The translations under genes were made by a program, and so were the position numbers. From Neocallimastix sp. 'constans' (Eukaryota), in NCBI GenBank assembly GCA_050613775.1, contig JBODTK010000015.1, positions 434,001 through 498,000 of the forward strand: a DNA stretch of 64,000 nucleotides, in the 5' to 3' direction. Below the pieces are notes generated by a model. That model did not search any database and had not been told where the DNA came from. It was given only the letters and a program-made list of their open reading frames with translations. This document shows positions 1-14,468 of this stretch, piece after piece. The first letter of the stretch is position 1, and the number at the start of each line of letters is the position of its first letter.

Positions 1-179
1 TATTTTATTTTTTTTTAAGAAAAAATTTCGAAATTGAAATATCAAAATTTCAAAATAAAATTCTAAAATTACATTTCCAATTTAAATTTCAAAATTAATT
101 ATTAATAATTATATATATTATTCAATTATTATAATATCAAAATTATATATAATTATTTTAAAAAAAAAAAAAATTTTTT

Positions 180-530
180 TTATTAATGAAAAATTTTCAA
201 AAATTGAGTTAAAAATTTTATAAAATTTTCAAATAATACAATTAATCTTCATTAATACAGATTTTAATAATTATTCACAAAAATATAAAATTTCTTTCAA
301 TTTTATATTTTTCCTTATTTGTACTACGATCATTTCAACTTATTATTGAATTTGTAGCTAATTTACAGATTCAATTGAGAATTGTTCTCGTATAGAGATA
401 AATTTCAATTTCACTAGTAATCAGCTATTTTAGCGAGGGCATTTCTGATATAAAACAAATATGTGTAGCCACATATTTGTATATTTAATAATAATTATTA
501 AATATTAAATTTATATCTCTTTTGTCAATA
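180..530. repeat. Left arm of a long diverged inverted repeat (partner ~6150-6520)
   Basis: AAACAAATATGTGTAGCCACATATTTGTATATTTAATAATAATTATTAAATATTAAATTTATATC matches the reverse complement of ~6166-6231 with about 3 mismatches; weaker similarity extends outward. Confidence 0.7.
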
Positions 531-1099
531 ATAATATTCGAAATATTTCTTATTCATATATTATTCAATATTTATACATATTATATTATTCATTATAATA
601 TGAAATATATTAATATATTAAATTAAATTGTTAATTTCTTCTAAATATATATAAGAATATTATTATATATATAATTTAACTATGCATATTTATTTTAAAG
701 TTTATATTAAAAATACATAATACTTCTATATATTATAATATATAATATAATGAAATAGTTTTAGTTATTTTAATTATAATTAAATATATATAGTTGATAT
801 TATTTATTATATTCATATTTATTATATAATTATATTCTTATATATTTAACTTTATTGTTCTTATTTTCATTTTAAGAATTATATAGTTATATTTATTATA
901 TTTATTAATATATATTTATTATATATTTTACTATACTCCGATATAATATATTTTAAATGTATATTTATTATTATTAATATATATTTAAATTATTATAAAG
1001 ATTTCCTAATAATCTTCTTTATTGTAGTTTTGAGAAGACCCTTGGTTAATTGGGTTTTATAAATTAAAATATATTAATAAAGGTTAATTAAATATAACG

Positions 1100-1945
1100 A
1101 TACTATTAAAAATTAGTAGCGCATAAAAGTCCCGCATATCAAATCGTATATCATATTGTTAATCATGTGACTTAAATTTTCATAATTTATGTCATCTCAT
1201 AATCAATAGGTAAATTGTTATTTTCAACGTTATTGATATAATTATTACGATTTTTATAATGTTTATTATAATTTTTATTATAATTTTTATTATAAATTTT
1301 ATTATTAATTGAGTTTAGTTTATATTACTATTATTGTCATTATTATAATTATTACCATTATTACTGTTAAAATTTGTTGTTTCTAAAATTAACATTATTG
1401 TTACTATTATTATAATTATTACCATTGTTACCATTAAAAATTTGTGTTTTTAAAATTTCCATTGTTATTAAAATTTCTCAAACCGGTCGAATTCATTTTA
1501 GATGGTGAATTTAATGGCAAATTATTAAATATTCTTATTCTATTAAAATTTCCTGAATTATTGATTGTATTAAAATTATTATTGAATAGTGTAAAATTTG
1601 AATTATTATTATATTGATCCATGAAGGTATTATTATAATTTAATCTACCAGATTGGAAAAATTATTTCTTCTATTATAGTTACTGGTATTACCATAAGAA
1701 CTCCTCATTTCTTGTTTTCCTTGCATTTCATTTAATATATTTTCATTACTTTCATCCAAGTTACAGGCAGTTTCGAGATCAGAAGCTTCAGCAATGGCGA
1801 ATCTTTCATAAATCTTACTACGAGGTCTCAAGGCATTTTCATAATCAATTACTGAAATAGCGGATTGATCTGTATAATCTAACTGATCTTCTAGTGGCCT
1901 CATCATTAGCGTAATCAGTATCTGAAAATCCAACTAATCTATTTT
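1100..1945 (-). pseudogene. Gag-like retrotransposon remnant (probably Ty3/gypsy) with Asn-rich tail
   Basis: ORF 1640-1933 (ISVIDYENALRPRSKIYE) resembles ORF 51879-52241 (ITIKDYLNSL), which lies inside an LTR element; abrupt junction with copia RT at ~1945. Confidence 0.5.
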
Positions 1946-4900
1946 TTCTATCATAGTATATTGATTTATTTACTGTAGATTTTAAATATTGTAATATCAG
2001 TAGTAATGCTTTATAGTCTATAGTAGTTTGTTGTTCACAATTTCTTGATGCTTGGTTAACTGCATATGTAATGTCTGGTCTAGATTTTATTGCAATATAT
2101 AATAGTGAACCTAAAAGTAATTTTTATTTTCCAACATCTACAGGTTTTGCATTTTTTCTTTCTTCATTTGAAATTTTTCTACATGGATATTTTATTATTT
2201 TAGTTTTATTCATATTATAATTATTAATAATTTTATTTATATAATCTTCTTGATTTATTTTATAACCATCTTTAGGTTTATAAATATTTATTCCAATAAT
2301 TTTTCTGGCATCAGATTCTTTTGAAATTGTATATTTACTTTTTAATTTCTTAACTATATTTTTGATTTCATAATCTTCACCAGTTAATAAAATGTCATCA
2401 GCGTATAATGTTAATAATCCTATTAATTTATTTTCTTTATTATATTTTTCAAATAAGCATTTGTCTGATTTATATTGTTTAAAATCAATTGACTTTAAAT
2501 AATTAGTGATTTCTTCATTCCACATACGTCCAGCTTGTTTTAAACCATATAGTGCTTTTTTCAATAACCATACTTTATTTTTATTATAATTTTTATCTCC
2601 TTTTGGAATTTTAACATAAATTGTATCATTAAGGTCAGCATTTAAATATGCTGCTTTTATGTCTAATTGCTTTAAATTTCATTTATTTATTGAAGCTATT
2701 GCGATGGTAATTCATAAACTATCAGATTGTGCTGTAGGTGAATATGTTGAAATAAAATCTTCACCTTCCTTTTGCTGACAACCTTTTGCTACTAAATTAG
2801 CTTTTTTAGTATTATCATTTTTTATTACTAAAACCCATCTTGTATCTATAATATTTGCATTTTTTGGTATATCATCAATATTTACTACCATCATTACAAT
2901 TTTATCGTACATAATTTTAATTTCATTTTTTTACAGCTATGTTCCATTCTTTTGAATCTTTTGAAATTATAGCATCTTCATATCTTCATATGTACTTGGA
3001 CATTGTGTTATAATATTGAAAATTTTATGTTTTTTATTGTTTTTATTTTTATATAATATTTCATTTTTTATATTTAATGATTGGGTGTCTGATTCATCGC
3101 CTGAGTCTTCATCATCTTGAAATCTTCTTTTTCTATTAATATCACTATCTGAAAAATTGTTATTATTTTTTATATTATTTTTTATAATGTTATTATTTTC
3201 ATCAGTATTATTATCATCAATATTATTATTATTATTAACATTAGAATTTGTCGATTGTATATTGGCACTTTCCCCTTCAATCGATTTGAGTAAATGAATA
3301 TAGAATCAATAGTTTTTGATGAGAAAAAGGAAGTGTCAATAGTACCAGGAATATCTTCCATGAAATAAACATCTCTAGCAGTAATGATAGAGCTTGTAAA
3401 AATATCTAAAATTCGGTAACCAGAAGAATTTTCAAGATAACCAAAAAAGATACCTTGTTTCAAATTATTTTCAAATTTATTTGTTTTATGGTTATTAAAG
3501 AAAAATGCTTTACAACTGAATACTCTAGAGTGAGAAATATCAACATGTTTATTAAAGAATAATTCATCAGGAATTTTAAAATTAATAATTTTAAAATTAA
3601 TTATGTATTCAGTTCCATTATCAGATTTAAAAGTTTTAGTTGGAATATTATATAAGTTCGAAGTTAATTTATAAAATTCAATAAATTTATCATAGACATC
3701 TGATTTATTTTTTAAAAGATAAATCCAACATTTGCGAGAAAAATCATCTAGAAAAGTTATATCCTTGAAATGAAGTTTCTAGTTTATCCACAACATCAGT
3801 GTGAACCAGTTCTAAAGTTCAGTTGTGAAAGAATAAGAAGAAGAAAAAGGTTTTCTCCTCAATTTACTGATTTTGCATTTAGGACATTCTTTTTTATTGT
3901 GAAAAGAAGTATGTTTAATATTGTTTTAATTATTGAAATGTCCTAACCTTGAATGCCAAAGTGAATAATCTACATTGTGAATATTAAATTTTGAATAATT
4001 GTCATAATTATTACTTTGAATATCAACATTAATATTATTGATATTTGAAATAGTATTAAATGTAAATAAATTTTCATCATTTGCATAAATATTGGCAATA
4101 ATATTATTATCTTTATTGATTATTTGTAATCTCTCTTTTTTATTGATATTTTCCATAATTATCTATTGCCAAGACTTAAGATATGATGTGTTGAGATTAG
4201 ATTGTTTTTAATGTTTGGTGCAAAATGAACATTTGATAATTTGAATATATTATTCTTGAAACTTCCATAATATGTACCAGAACAATTTATTTTATCAGTG
4301 GTACTATTTGGATAAATTATTATTTTATCATTAGAATTTTGAATATTATTTAGTTGGTTTATGTTGTTGGTTAAATTTAATCCTGTACCACTATCTATAA
4401 TTCATGTTGTATATTTATTATTTGTTTTTAAATTGTTACATTTAATATTGTTTTGTAATACAGATATATTTCCAGTAAAATTAATGTAAACATCATTTAT
4501 TTGTGTCTGATGAATATTTTGAATTATTTTCATTTATCTTATAGAGTGATATTTATTTTTGTTGTTAATATTATTTTTATTATTATTATATTTATTTGTT
4601 GCATTTTTATTTTTATTTTTTATTATATTTATTGAATGGATTATAGTAACATTCTTCTATATATGACCATCTTTTTTACATAGGAGACAGTGTTTGATTT
4701 TTATTTTCTTATTATTTCTATTTCTTGAATTATTAGGTTTATTTTAATTATTATTATTTTTGTATATAGTTTGCTTGCTACTATTTGAAATATAATGAAT
4801 TTTATTATTTTCATTATTATTTTCATTATTATTATTAATTTGAGTGTTTAGATAATTGTTGATTCTTTCTTCATGATTTCTCATTTTTTGCAAATCATCA

Positions 4901-5928
4901 TGAAATTCATTGAATTTTTTATATTTGTAAGTTAATGTAAAATTAAATCCAATGTTTTTTAATTTAGCTCAAGCATCGATGATTTTACTTTCTTCAGTTA
5001 GTTTGTTTTTATTTAGTTTGACACATTCTATATCATATTGTTCAAATAGATTTTTTAGTTCATTGAGATATAGAATATAATTGTTATTATTAATTTCTAA
5101 AATTTTGATTTTTTGCATTAATAAATTTAATAAGGATTCTCCTGATTTGTAGAATTGTTTTTTAAGTCTATCAATCATTTGATATGCAGTCCTACAACCT
5201 TTTAGATAAGCCTTGTTTCTAAGTCTAAGCTACAAGATATTACTGATTGAACTGTATTATCATATTTTATTTGCTTTCTAGTCATGTCATCATACAAAAA
5301 TTCTTTTTCAGTATATTCGTCGTAATCTTGTGCAATTAGTTGACGTTTTAATTCAATAAACCAATCTTCAAAATTTGAGGTATTTAATTTAAATCACTGT
5401 AATTGAATACGGATTTAATTAATAAATCTTTATAGACATAATTTTGAAATAAAATTTCATTTTGAGGAACATTATCCTCGTCCATATTAATGACTTCATT
5501 TTTATTCATAGTATAGTTGATGAAGAAGGAGTGGAACTAACTTCAGAGATTTCTGTTTCTTGAGTTCTTTTTCTTCCCATGATTTTAAACATCAAATTTT
5601 TAATAAAATTTTATTTATTTACTTTTATATTTAATTATTTAATAAATTAATTATATATTCATTTATTTCATAAAATAAATTTAAATTTGAATATAGTAAT
5701 TTATAATTATATAATATTATTTAAATGTATTTTATGGTCTCTTTCATGAGACTGTCAATGAGTGAAGCTTAGATTAATTATTTTATATTATATATTTTAT
5801 TTATTTAATAATATTTTATTTAATAAAGAAGAATCTTTTTCTAAATAATAATTATTACATGTATTTTATATTAATTTTATTTTATAATAAAGCTTAATGT
5901 ATATAATTTTATTTACTATACTTTAACA
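1945..5928 (-). mobile_element. Degenerate Ty1/copia element (gag-PR-IN-RT; RNase H and 3' LTR lost)
   Basis: RT motifs KKALYGLKQAGRMWN and LYADD; LWHSRLGH; GIFFGY...GYRI; gag ORF 4969-5178; candidate 5' LTR 5753-5928 (TGTCAA...TTAACA); partial PBS CATGAGAC at 5745-5752. Confidence 0.9.
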
Positions 5929-6149
5929 TTATATAATATAATATAAAAAAAGATTATTTAAGTTCTATTAAATATAAGAATATTATTATATTTTAATATA
6001 ATAATATATAAATATAAAATAGATATATAATTCAATATATATTAAAAAATAAATATATAATTCAATAGTTTAAAAAATAATATATAATTTAATATATATT
6101 ATAATATAGTAATTATAATATAACAATGAATAACTAATAATATATTATA

Positions 6150-6520
6150 AAAATTATTATCAAAAAGATATAAATTTAACATTTAATAATTATTATTAAA
6201 TATACAAATATGTTACTACACATATTTGTTTTAGATCAAAATTGCCCACTCTATGTTAGCAATTTATATATGAAATTAAGAATATTTCTCTATATGAGAA
6301 GAATTATTAATTGAAGATAAAATTGAATACTAACATTATAATAATTTTTATAAAATAAATCTATTTTTGAATATTATTTTCATATTTAAAGAAAATTTTA
6401 TAGTTACTGTATTGATTAATAAAATATTCATTAATATAATTTAAATATCCATGAAAAATAATTATAATAATTTTGATATAATTTTAATTAAATTTTTTAT
6501 TCAATTTTTGAAAAATTTTT
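6150..6520. repeat. Right arm of long diverged inverted repeat (partner ~180-530)
   Basis: Reverse-complement match to 180-530, including the internal hairpin ACAAATATGT-N6-ACATATTTGT. Confidence 0.7.
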
Positions 6521-6679
6521 AATAATTTTTTTTTTTTTTAGATATTGAAATTGAAATTTCAAAATCGAATTTTAAAATTTAAAATTAATTTTCTAAAAAT
6601 TAATTTTAGCTTGAATTTAAAAATTATATATATATAATATATAAATTTTAGAGTGTTAGTTAATTTTGTGTTTATTATT

Positions 6680-7592
6680 ATTTTATATACTATTCCTTAT
6701 ATGGTAAAATGGTTTTAATATGCACATTTCTTTGTATTATCCCTGTCCTATCTTCTTGTAATTTTACTGTATTCCAAGTTATTTCTTTTATTGTATAAGT
6801 TCTGAATAGTAAGGCTCTAACTTGTGTCTTTGAAATTTTCTTATTTTTACCTTATCTCCAATTTTATAATTATTCTTATTTGACATACTTTGTTTAGCTT
6901 CCCTTCTAGTCTTCTAATAATTAATGGTTCCTAATCTTTTATAAGCAGCTTCCTTAATCAAACGTTGATGTTCCAAGAATCTCTAGATAAGAAGTTCATC
7001 CATGGTTCTTTGAATTGTTTCCTCAATAGAATTCCTAATATTAATTCAATAAGTAGTAAGTCTTCTCATCCATATAATAATTCGAAACTAGAGTATCCTG
7101 ATACTGACGATCTTGATGTTCGTAAAGCCCATTACACTAAAGATAGTAGTAAATCCCAATTCTCATTATCTTCTACAAAGTTCCTAAGTTTCTTTTCGAT
7201 TTCCCTATTTCTATTTTCTACAAGTCCATTAAAAGCTGGGTGATAAACTGAAATAAAGTGAGTATATATCCCATACAAATCTAAAAATATTTTGGTATAA
7301 TCTGAATTTAACTGAGGTCCATTATCCATATTTATAACTTGTGGAAGTCCGTGTATACTAAATACTTCAATTAGGAAATTTGTTACTTCTTGAGAAGTTA
7401 CTGAAACTGTTATCTTTGCTTCTACCCAACTTGTAAAATAGTCCACACATTCTATTAAGTATTTAAAACCTCTAGGAGTCTGTTTATGTGGACCTATAAT
7501 ATCTAATCCTAACTTTACAAAAGGAGCTTCCACAGGGGGTGGAAATTTTTCTATCTGTCCAGGAATAGGTTCAGATCTAGATACTTGAAAAA
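6680..7592 (-). pseudogene. Ty3/gypsy integrase fragment
   Basis: ORF 7132-7653: PFVKLGLDIIGP, VDYFTSWVEA, HGLPQVINMDNGPQ, YHPAFNGLVE; similar to the integrase at 62095-63327. Confidence 0.9.
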
Positions 7593-8790
7593 CTAAACTG
7601 GATACATAATGAAGGTAATCTCTGGGATTGCTAGCTGGTATTCTAAATTGCAAAACACAGTAGCAATCTCTACAGCTCTAGGAACATTAACTTGATTTGG
7701 AATAACAGATAAATATTTGGGATGATAACCATGATTCAAAAAAAAAGGGTGATCATTTAGCAGGTTCTTGAATTGCATTGTTGTAACTAAATTCAGCTAA
7801 CTTTTGTAAGTTTACTCCAATTAGTTCCTTTATAGTTAGAGAAACATCTTAAATATTGTTCAATAATGAAGTTCACTCTCTCCGTTTGGTTGTTCGTTTT
7901 ATAGTGAAAAGGAGAAGGAAATTTAAGATCAACAGATAAAATTTGGTAAACAGCTTTCCAAAATTTTGAAGTGAATTATGAACCACGATCAGAAATTATT
8001 TCGGTAGAAAGTCCATGAAGACAAAAGATACCATTAATGGAAGCAATAGCAGTTTCTTCAGCAGAAGGAATACCAGCAAAAGCAATAAAATGTCCCTTAA
8101 GGCTAATGGGTCTATAACAACAAGAATACAAGTGAAACCATTAGATGAAGGGAGATCTATAATATAATCCATAGAAATAGATGACCAAGGACGATCAGCA
8201 ATGGCAAGAGGTTTAAGGAATCCATAAGGCTTATGATAAGAATTTTTTGAACGAGAACAAGTTTCGCAAGAACGAACATAATCAGCAACATCAGAATTGA
8301 GAGAAGGCCACCAGAAATCGGGAGATTTGAGAGAGGAAGTTTTCTTAATATAAAAATGACCTGCAGCTGAAGAGTCATGAAAAATCTTGAGTATGAAAGA
8401 ACGGCAATTAGGTGGTATATAAATTTTATTATTAAATAAAGGAAACTGTTACTTATGGTAAATTTATTAACTTGTGGATGAGGGATTGGAGGTTTAGGGT
8501 TATCTAGATAGTTTTAAAAATTGAAATAAAATTCGTCAGATTTATAGGAAGAAAGGATCTTATCACTAAAAGAAGAAATCGAGGTAGCAACAACAAAAAT
8601 GTTTTTTGATCTAAGTAAGGTGAAAGGCACATTATCATAAGAAGTTGAAGAAACATAATTAGGACGGCAAGAAAGAGAATCTTATTTATCATTTGAAGAA
8701 CCAGAGCGTTATTTAATAATAAAGTTAAACTCAGAAAGAAAAAGTGAATAACAAACCAATCTCTTATTCTTCTTTTCAAGCTTTTTGTAA
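7593..8790 (-). pseudogene. Second gypsy (chromovirus-like) RNase H end and integrase fragment, frameshifted
   Basis: Minus-strand motifs FFLNHGYHP, EIISDRGS-FTSKFWK and GHFIAFAGIPSAEETA. Confidence 0.8.
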
Positions 8791-8979
8791 GATTAATAAA
8801 TCATGTTGTAGAATTGACTAAAACTATAAAAGGAAATGAAATCCATAACATGAATTCAAATAATAATATTTATCCTTTAAATCATATTGGTTATTTGACT
8901 CAGGAGCAGGAAAAAATTTAACTAACAATATGAATTTATTAAAAAATATAAAGAAAAAAAAAAAACACTGAAAGTTCAA

Positions 8980-9620
8980 ACAATATTACATACACATTTG
9001 ACTGTTATTCTGAATTTACTTTTATAATAAACAATCATAAAATTACCTTAATGCATGTCTTCTATATAAAAGATGAGGTGAAGTACATTATTAGTGGCAA
9101 CAAATTGATTAAATGAAAACATATATATTGAACTACCAGAACGCGACCATCTTCAAGGAATAAAATATTGCAAATTAAACAAAGCTTTGTATGCACTTAA
9201 ACAGGAATGAAATAAGCAGAATAACACTTTAAATAATGCTTTAGTTGATATGAAGTTGAACAGACTGTTAAGTGAACCTTACCTGTATGCTAAAGGAAAT
9301 GTACATAATAAAATAATCTGTCTTCTGGGTGCATATATAGATGATATACTCATCACTGGTAAAAATAAAGAAAATTTAAAAGTTAAAAGATTATTAAAAG
9401 GAAAATTTGATAACTGATGCAAGTTATGTTAATTTTATAGTAGGTATAAAATTTTTAAAGTGTAATGATGTATATTTAATCCATCAAAAGAGATACTTAA
9501 AAATATATTTTATTTTCGATATGTAAACATCACGTAAAAACCAAAATTCAAATTATGAGGATTGGTTTAATGTCTCGAAGATCTTTAGATATTTAAAACA
9601 TACACCTAATTATGGAATTA
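8980..9620 (+). pseudogene. Highly decayed copia RT fragment
   Basis: YCKLNKALYALKQ at ~9166-9205 and GAYIDDILITG at ~9328-9360. Confidence 0.8.
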
Positions 9621-10262
9621 TAATATAATAAAATAGTTTTAATTACTTATATTATAATTGAATATATATAGTTGAAATTATTTACTATATTCTTATATTT
9701 ATTTATATTATTAAACTATAATTTGAATGTAAAATAAAACTAGTAATAGCGATCCTTCACGTAATTATAAAATAAAGATTGATTTGGTTATTTTAATGAT
9801 AAATGGTATCTTAAAATTTATAATATTTTTACATAAAATTTATATTTATTACTTTGTTTAATAACAAGAATAATATTCATATATATAAAACTTTATTTCT
9901 AACATTCCTCCTTAAGTTTAATATTATTTAAATATAAATATTTACTATTTTTAATAACTAAAGTTAGAAAGAATGATGTTTCTAAATTTACTTTTTATAA
10001 TAGAATATTTAGTAAAACAGTCAGCTAAATTATGTTTTGATTTAATATAATTTAATTTTATTTTATCTTATCGAACTAATTCTCGAATTTTATGATATTT
10101 TAATTCAATGTGTATTGACTTTAAATTTATTATTTCATTTTCGCAATTATAAATTGCAATTTTATTATCAGAATTAATTATTATATTATTTATATATATA
10201 TTTAGTTCTTTAAATAAAATTTTATGTCATAAACATTGATGAACACACTCATGTATCTTGCA
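9620..10262 (-). mobile_element. Copia 3' end: RNase H C-terminus, polypurine tract and 3' LTR
   Basis: Minus strand reads HIELKYHKIRELV...HNLADCFTK; AAGGAGGAA immediately precedes TGTTAG (LTR edge 9904); 9620-9700 is similar to ~745-830. Confidence 0.75.
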
Positions 10263-10269
10263 ATATTAA

Positions 10270-10810
10270 CTTTCTGCTGAAGAATTTACCCGAAATTTAA
10301 ACGAGTTAATAGAAGAATTAAAAGTAAATCTCAAACAAGCAAACGAAATACAGAAGAAATTTGCAAATAAAAACAGAAATAAACCACCAGATTTCAGTGT
10401 TAATGACAAGTTTTGGTTAGATAGTTCTCTAATACTTCCCTCTGGTAATAAAAAATTTAATCCTCGTAAATTAGAACCATTTAAGATAATGAAGAAAACC
10501 TCTGAAGTTTCGTTTAAATTGAAATTACCGAAAAATTAAAATTCATTCTGTTGTACATGTATTTAGTTTAGAACTCTACTACGAAGATAATAAATTTAAA
10601 AAAAATAAATCTCCTCCGCCTCCAATTATTGTCAATGATAACGAAGAATACGAAGTCGAAGAAACTTTGGATCAAAGAAAACATTACCGAATGATTTAGT
10701 ACTTGATAAAGTGGAAAGGATATCCTCAAAGTGAATCGTCATAAAAACCCTAAGAAAACTTGAATTGTCCTGAACTTTTATAGGAATTTAAAAACTCTCA
10801 TAAATATTAA
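10270..10810 (+). pseudogene. Chromovirus integrase C-terminus with chromodomain
   Basis: GPY/F-like region (RKLEPFKIMKK) followed by PPPPIIVNDNEEYEVEETLDQRK...YLIKWKGYPQSE, with in-frame stops. Confidence 0.88.
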
Positions 10811-12563
10811 CTCATTTAAACATTAAATGTAATAAAATTGTCTTATATATAGTTTAGTTTAACTTAATATTTTAAATTAATATGTAAATAGTTTTATTTT
10901 AATATAATTTAATGGCTTAGATTAATTTATAGATATTTAAAGCAAACATAATGAAAACTATGATTCTTCTGGTATTCGTTATCTTTGAGCGGGACCATGT
11001 AGCGGGTTGATAAACAATGAAATTATTAAATTAAAAATCATAATAAAAATCTAATTAAGATTTAACCAGAATAAAATATAATTCCAAATTTTGAAAATTA
11101 CTTTAATTATAAAATTATTATATCAAAAATAAATTAAAAACAAATTAATTAAAACAAATTAAACAATAATTAAAATAAATTTTTATAAAAAGATAAAATA
11201 AGTTAAAATTCCCTTTAAACACCAAAATAATTATAAATTAGTTATAGTAGAGAAAAACAAAATCTAAAAAGAAAACAATTAAATAGTTAAAACTATAATA
11301 ATAAACAAAATATAAATAATTGGCAAATTAATTATTCTTTGTAAACAATTGTAAATAAAAAAATTATATTTAAATATATTTTTTTTAATTTTTATTTTAT
11401 TTTAATTAATTTATTAATAAATGTTTTTCTTGTTTAATTATTTCTTTTGTTTATTTTATTATTAAATAAAAATTACTTAAATTTTGTAAAGATTTAATAA
11501 AATCTTTAATAATTAATTATTACATAATTAATTAATGTAATAAAATTACATAAATTTATGATTTACGTATATGAAAATTAATTATAAATTTATGTAAACT
11601 TTTCATAAAGGATAAATTATTATTTAAATAATTTTGGATAATAAATTTAATCTAAATAATTTATCTAAATTAGTTAATTTAGTTTATTTAATTTAGTTTA
11701 TTTAATTTAATTATTTTATTTTAGTTAGTTAATTTAGTTTAGTTAGTTTAAAATAATTTAAAATTAATTTCAGAATAGTTTTAAATAGTTAAAATTAGTT
11801 TAAATAGTTTACAAAAATAGTTTTGAATTGTAAATATATAAACATTAGTATTAATAATATTTATATAATAAATATCTAATAAATGAGTTTTTATTGAATT
11901 TAATTATTATTGTAAATAAGTTGAAAGTTTATTGAATTAATTATTGTTTAGTTTTAGTTAATTATTATTTAATAAAATTATTAATAAATATCTTGTTTAT
12001 AAATAAATAGTAATATATGTATATTAAATAGGTTTTATATATTAAAATGTAATCATGAAAAAATATAAATACATGTAAAATTCATTATTTAAATTGATGT
12101 ATTAGTTATTGACTATCAAATAGTTAATAACGAGAAGAGATTTATTTTTAAATTTAATAAAAGATTATTTATTAAAAAAGGAAATTTTTTTATTACGTGT
12201 TTAAAATATTTTGTGTATTTTGTTATTTGTAATCTGTTTCTTCCAAACTCTTTACAAATTTCTTGTAATAATATAAGAACTTGTAAAATCATGTAAAATT
12301 AATTTCGTTGTTTAGAAATGTAGTAAAAATAATAATCAAATATTCTATTAATAAAATAATAATAAAAATTAGTAATAAACACAAAGAAAATGTGTAATTG
12401 TGAAAAATTATTAACAATTAAATGTTAAATTAATATAATAATAATAACTTAATTAATAATAATATTAAGAAATCAATTAATTTTACATTAAATAAAACTT
12501 AATATATCTATTATCACTTTTGAAGTAATAATTTCAAATTAAGATAATAGAATCGTTAATCAG

Positions 12564-14100
12564 GGTAAGAAATAATAATTATTTATTAATAAATAATTAA
12601 TATTTCTTAGTTTTTATAATTATTGAAAATAATTATAAGCTTATTTAAATTATAACTATTGCATACATTGAAATGTTATTTTTAAATTTATTAAAAAAAT
12701 AATTTTTATATGTTTAATTAATATTAGAAAATTTATTTAAATAATTATTATATATATATTTATTAATATTATAAATTATTTAGTTATATTCATTTAATTA
12801 TTAATTTAATGTAAAGCATTCCTTTTATTTATTTTTTTACATTGTACATTTAAAAGAATAATTAATAAGATTCTGCATTTTTATAATTCTATATTTTAGT
12901 TTAAAGATAGTTTTATGTTAATAGGCTTTGATTAGTTTTAAAAATGATATCTAGAAAATTAGATTAATTTAGATCATATTCGATTATTCTTTATTTTTCC
13001 TTTTATTCGATAATCTAAATTAAAATATAAAAAATTGTTATTTTAAGGTTTATCCGAATATTATAATTATATATTTGATTTTACTTAATATATATGATGA
13101 TTAGTGTGAATAGAATATCGATCGAAACTTATCTAGTTTTTTCTTCTAGTCTTTTTCCAAATTAGTTATTTATTAATATTAGAAAACCTTTTTATTTAAC
13201 CTTATTTTCATAAAAAATATAAATATGGCTCTTGAGTTCTCTTTAAGAAAGCAAGAGTTATTATAAAAACATAGTAATAATAATAATAATAATTTATATT
13301 TTTAACTTTGATAAAATAATAAAAGAATTTTTTTAAAAAAACATATTTTACAAACTAAATTCAAAACGAAATATTTCTTCACATTAGTATAACATTATTA
13401 TTGATAAACAAATTATAATAATAAATATAAAATGTTTATGCTGAAAGTTGTCTTTTAGTTCTTAACGTTAGATAAGAAGTTTTTAACAACTTTTATTAAT
13501 AAAAATTTATTTGTTTATTTTATTATATAAAAATAAACTTTTTATTAACACAAAACTATTTTTAATAAATAATTAAATAAAATTAATTATTTTATATTTT
13601 AGTTATATTCTCTTTAATATAACTAAAAAAATATATTTTTGTTTATGTATTTATTTTATTTATTATAAAATAACATACAACTGGACTTTTATTATTTATT
13701 TTCTCTTTTTCTTTTTCTTTTTTTTTTTTTTAATAAAGTCTACTTTTCTAAATTATTTCTTAATTAAATTTTTATACTATAATTTTCATAATAATTTAAG
13801 TTTATAATATTAATATAATATATTATATTAATATTATGTGAGAATAATATAATAATACAATAATAATTTATAAATAGTAATATATAAAAAAAATATAAAT
13901 TAATTAATATAAAATAATATAAAATAAACTTTAAATACATTATTAAACTACATTAATTTCATTTCATAGATTTGGTATACATTTTGTTTGTTTACATTTT
14001 CATAAAATTTATATAATTTTATAATAATTCTTTATCAATTATTATAATTAATTTTATAATAAAAAAAATCAATAAAAGTAAAATTTTATTTTATTTTCTC
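12564..14100 (-). mobile_element. Old LTR copy (same family as 37626-42351), interrupted by solo LTR 13402-14037
   Basis: Reverse-complement homology to 37700-38475 (GAATATCGATCGAAACTTATCTAG; GGCTCTTGAGTTCTCTTTAAGAAA); homology resumes after 14042. Confidence 0.75.
13402..14037. mobile_element. Solo LTR (family Z), 636 bp
   Basis: Termini TGATAAA...TTTATCA; 5-bp TSD ATTAT; inverted homolog at 49283-49863. Confidence 0.85.
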
Positions 14101-14335
14101 ATCGTACGTACGAGTCAAGTAACGGACTATTATTTCTATGTAAGCAGTAGACCCATTCCAAAGGTTTTCCAAGAATGTAGGACATTACGGATCTTACTCT
14201 TGCTGCATCATTATTAAATTGATATGGTCGGGATTCCATTGCTAGTTCTGCCCTTGTAAGGAACCTTGTAAGGAATCCTTCATGGTCGCATTTTCTTCCA
14301 GTTAAGGATGGCGGCTTATTAGTCTAAGTTTTCCA
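14101..14335 (-). pseudogene. Ty3/gypsy gag N-terminal fragment
   Basis: Translates KPPSLTGRKCDHEGFLTRFLTRAELAMESRPYQFNNDAARVRSVMSYILGKPLEW, similar to gag 40328-41218; contains an in-frame 12-bp duplication CCTTGTAAGGAA. Confidence 0.8.
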
Positions 14336-14468
14336 ATTTAAGAATATTTATTATTTATTTATCTATTTTTGGTAGCTTTTAAACCTTTACATTGGCGGTA
14401 GACCGAAAAAATTTTCAGAGATACAAAGTTATTGTAACTTATTTTATTCAAGAAAAGGTAATTGTTAT

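Noticed and set aside
14422..14433. Second self-priming PBS (minus ATAACTTTGTA) with partner near 15199-15208
   Set aside because: Only 8 of 10 match in AT-rich sequence and the LTR boundaries are unconfirmed
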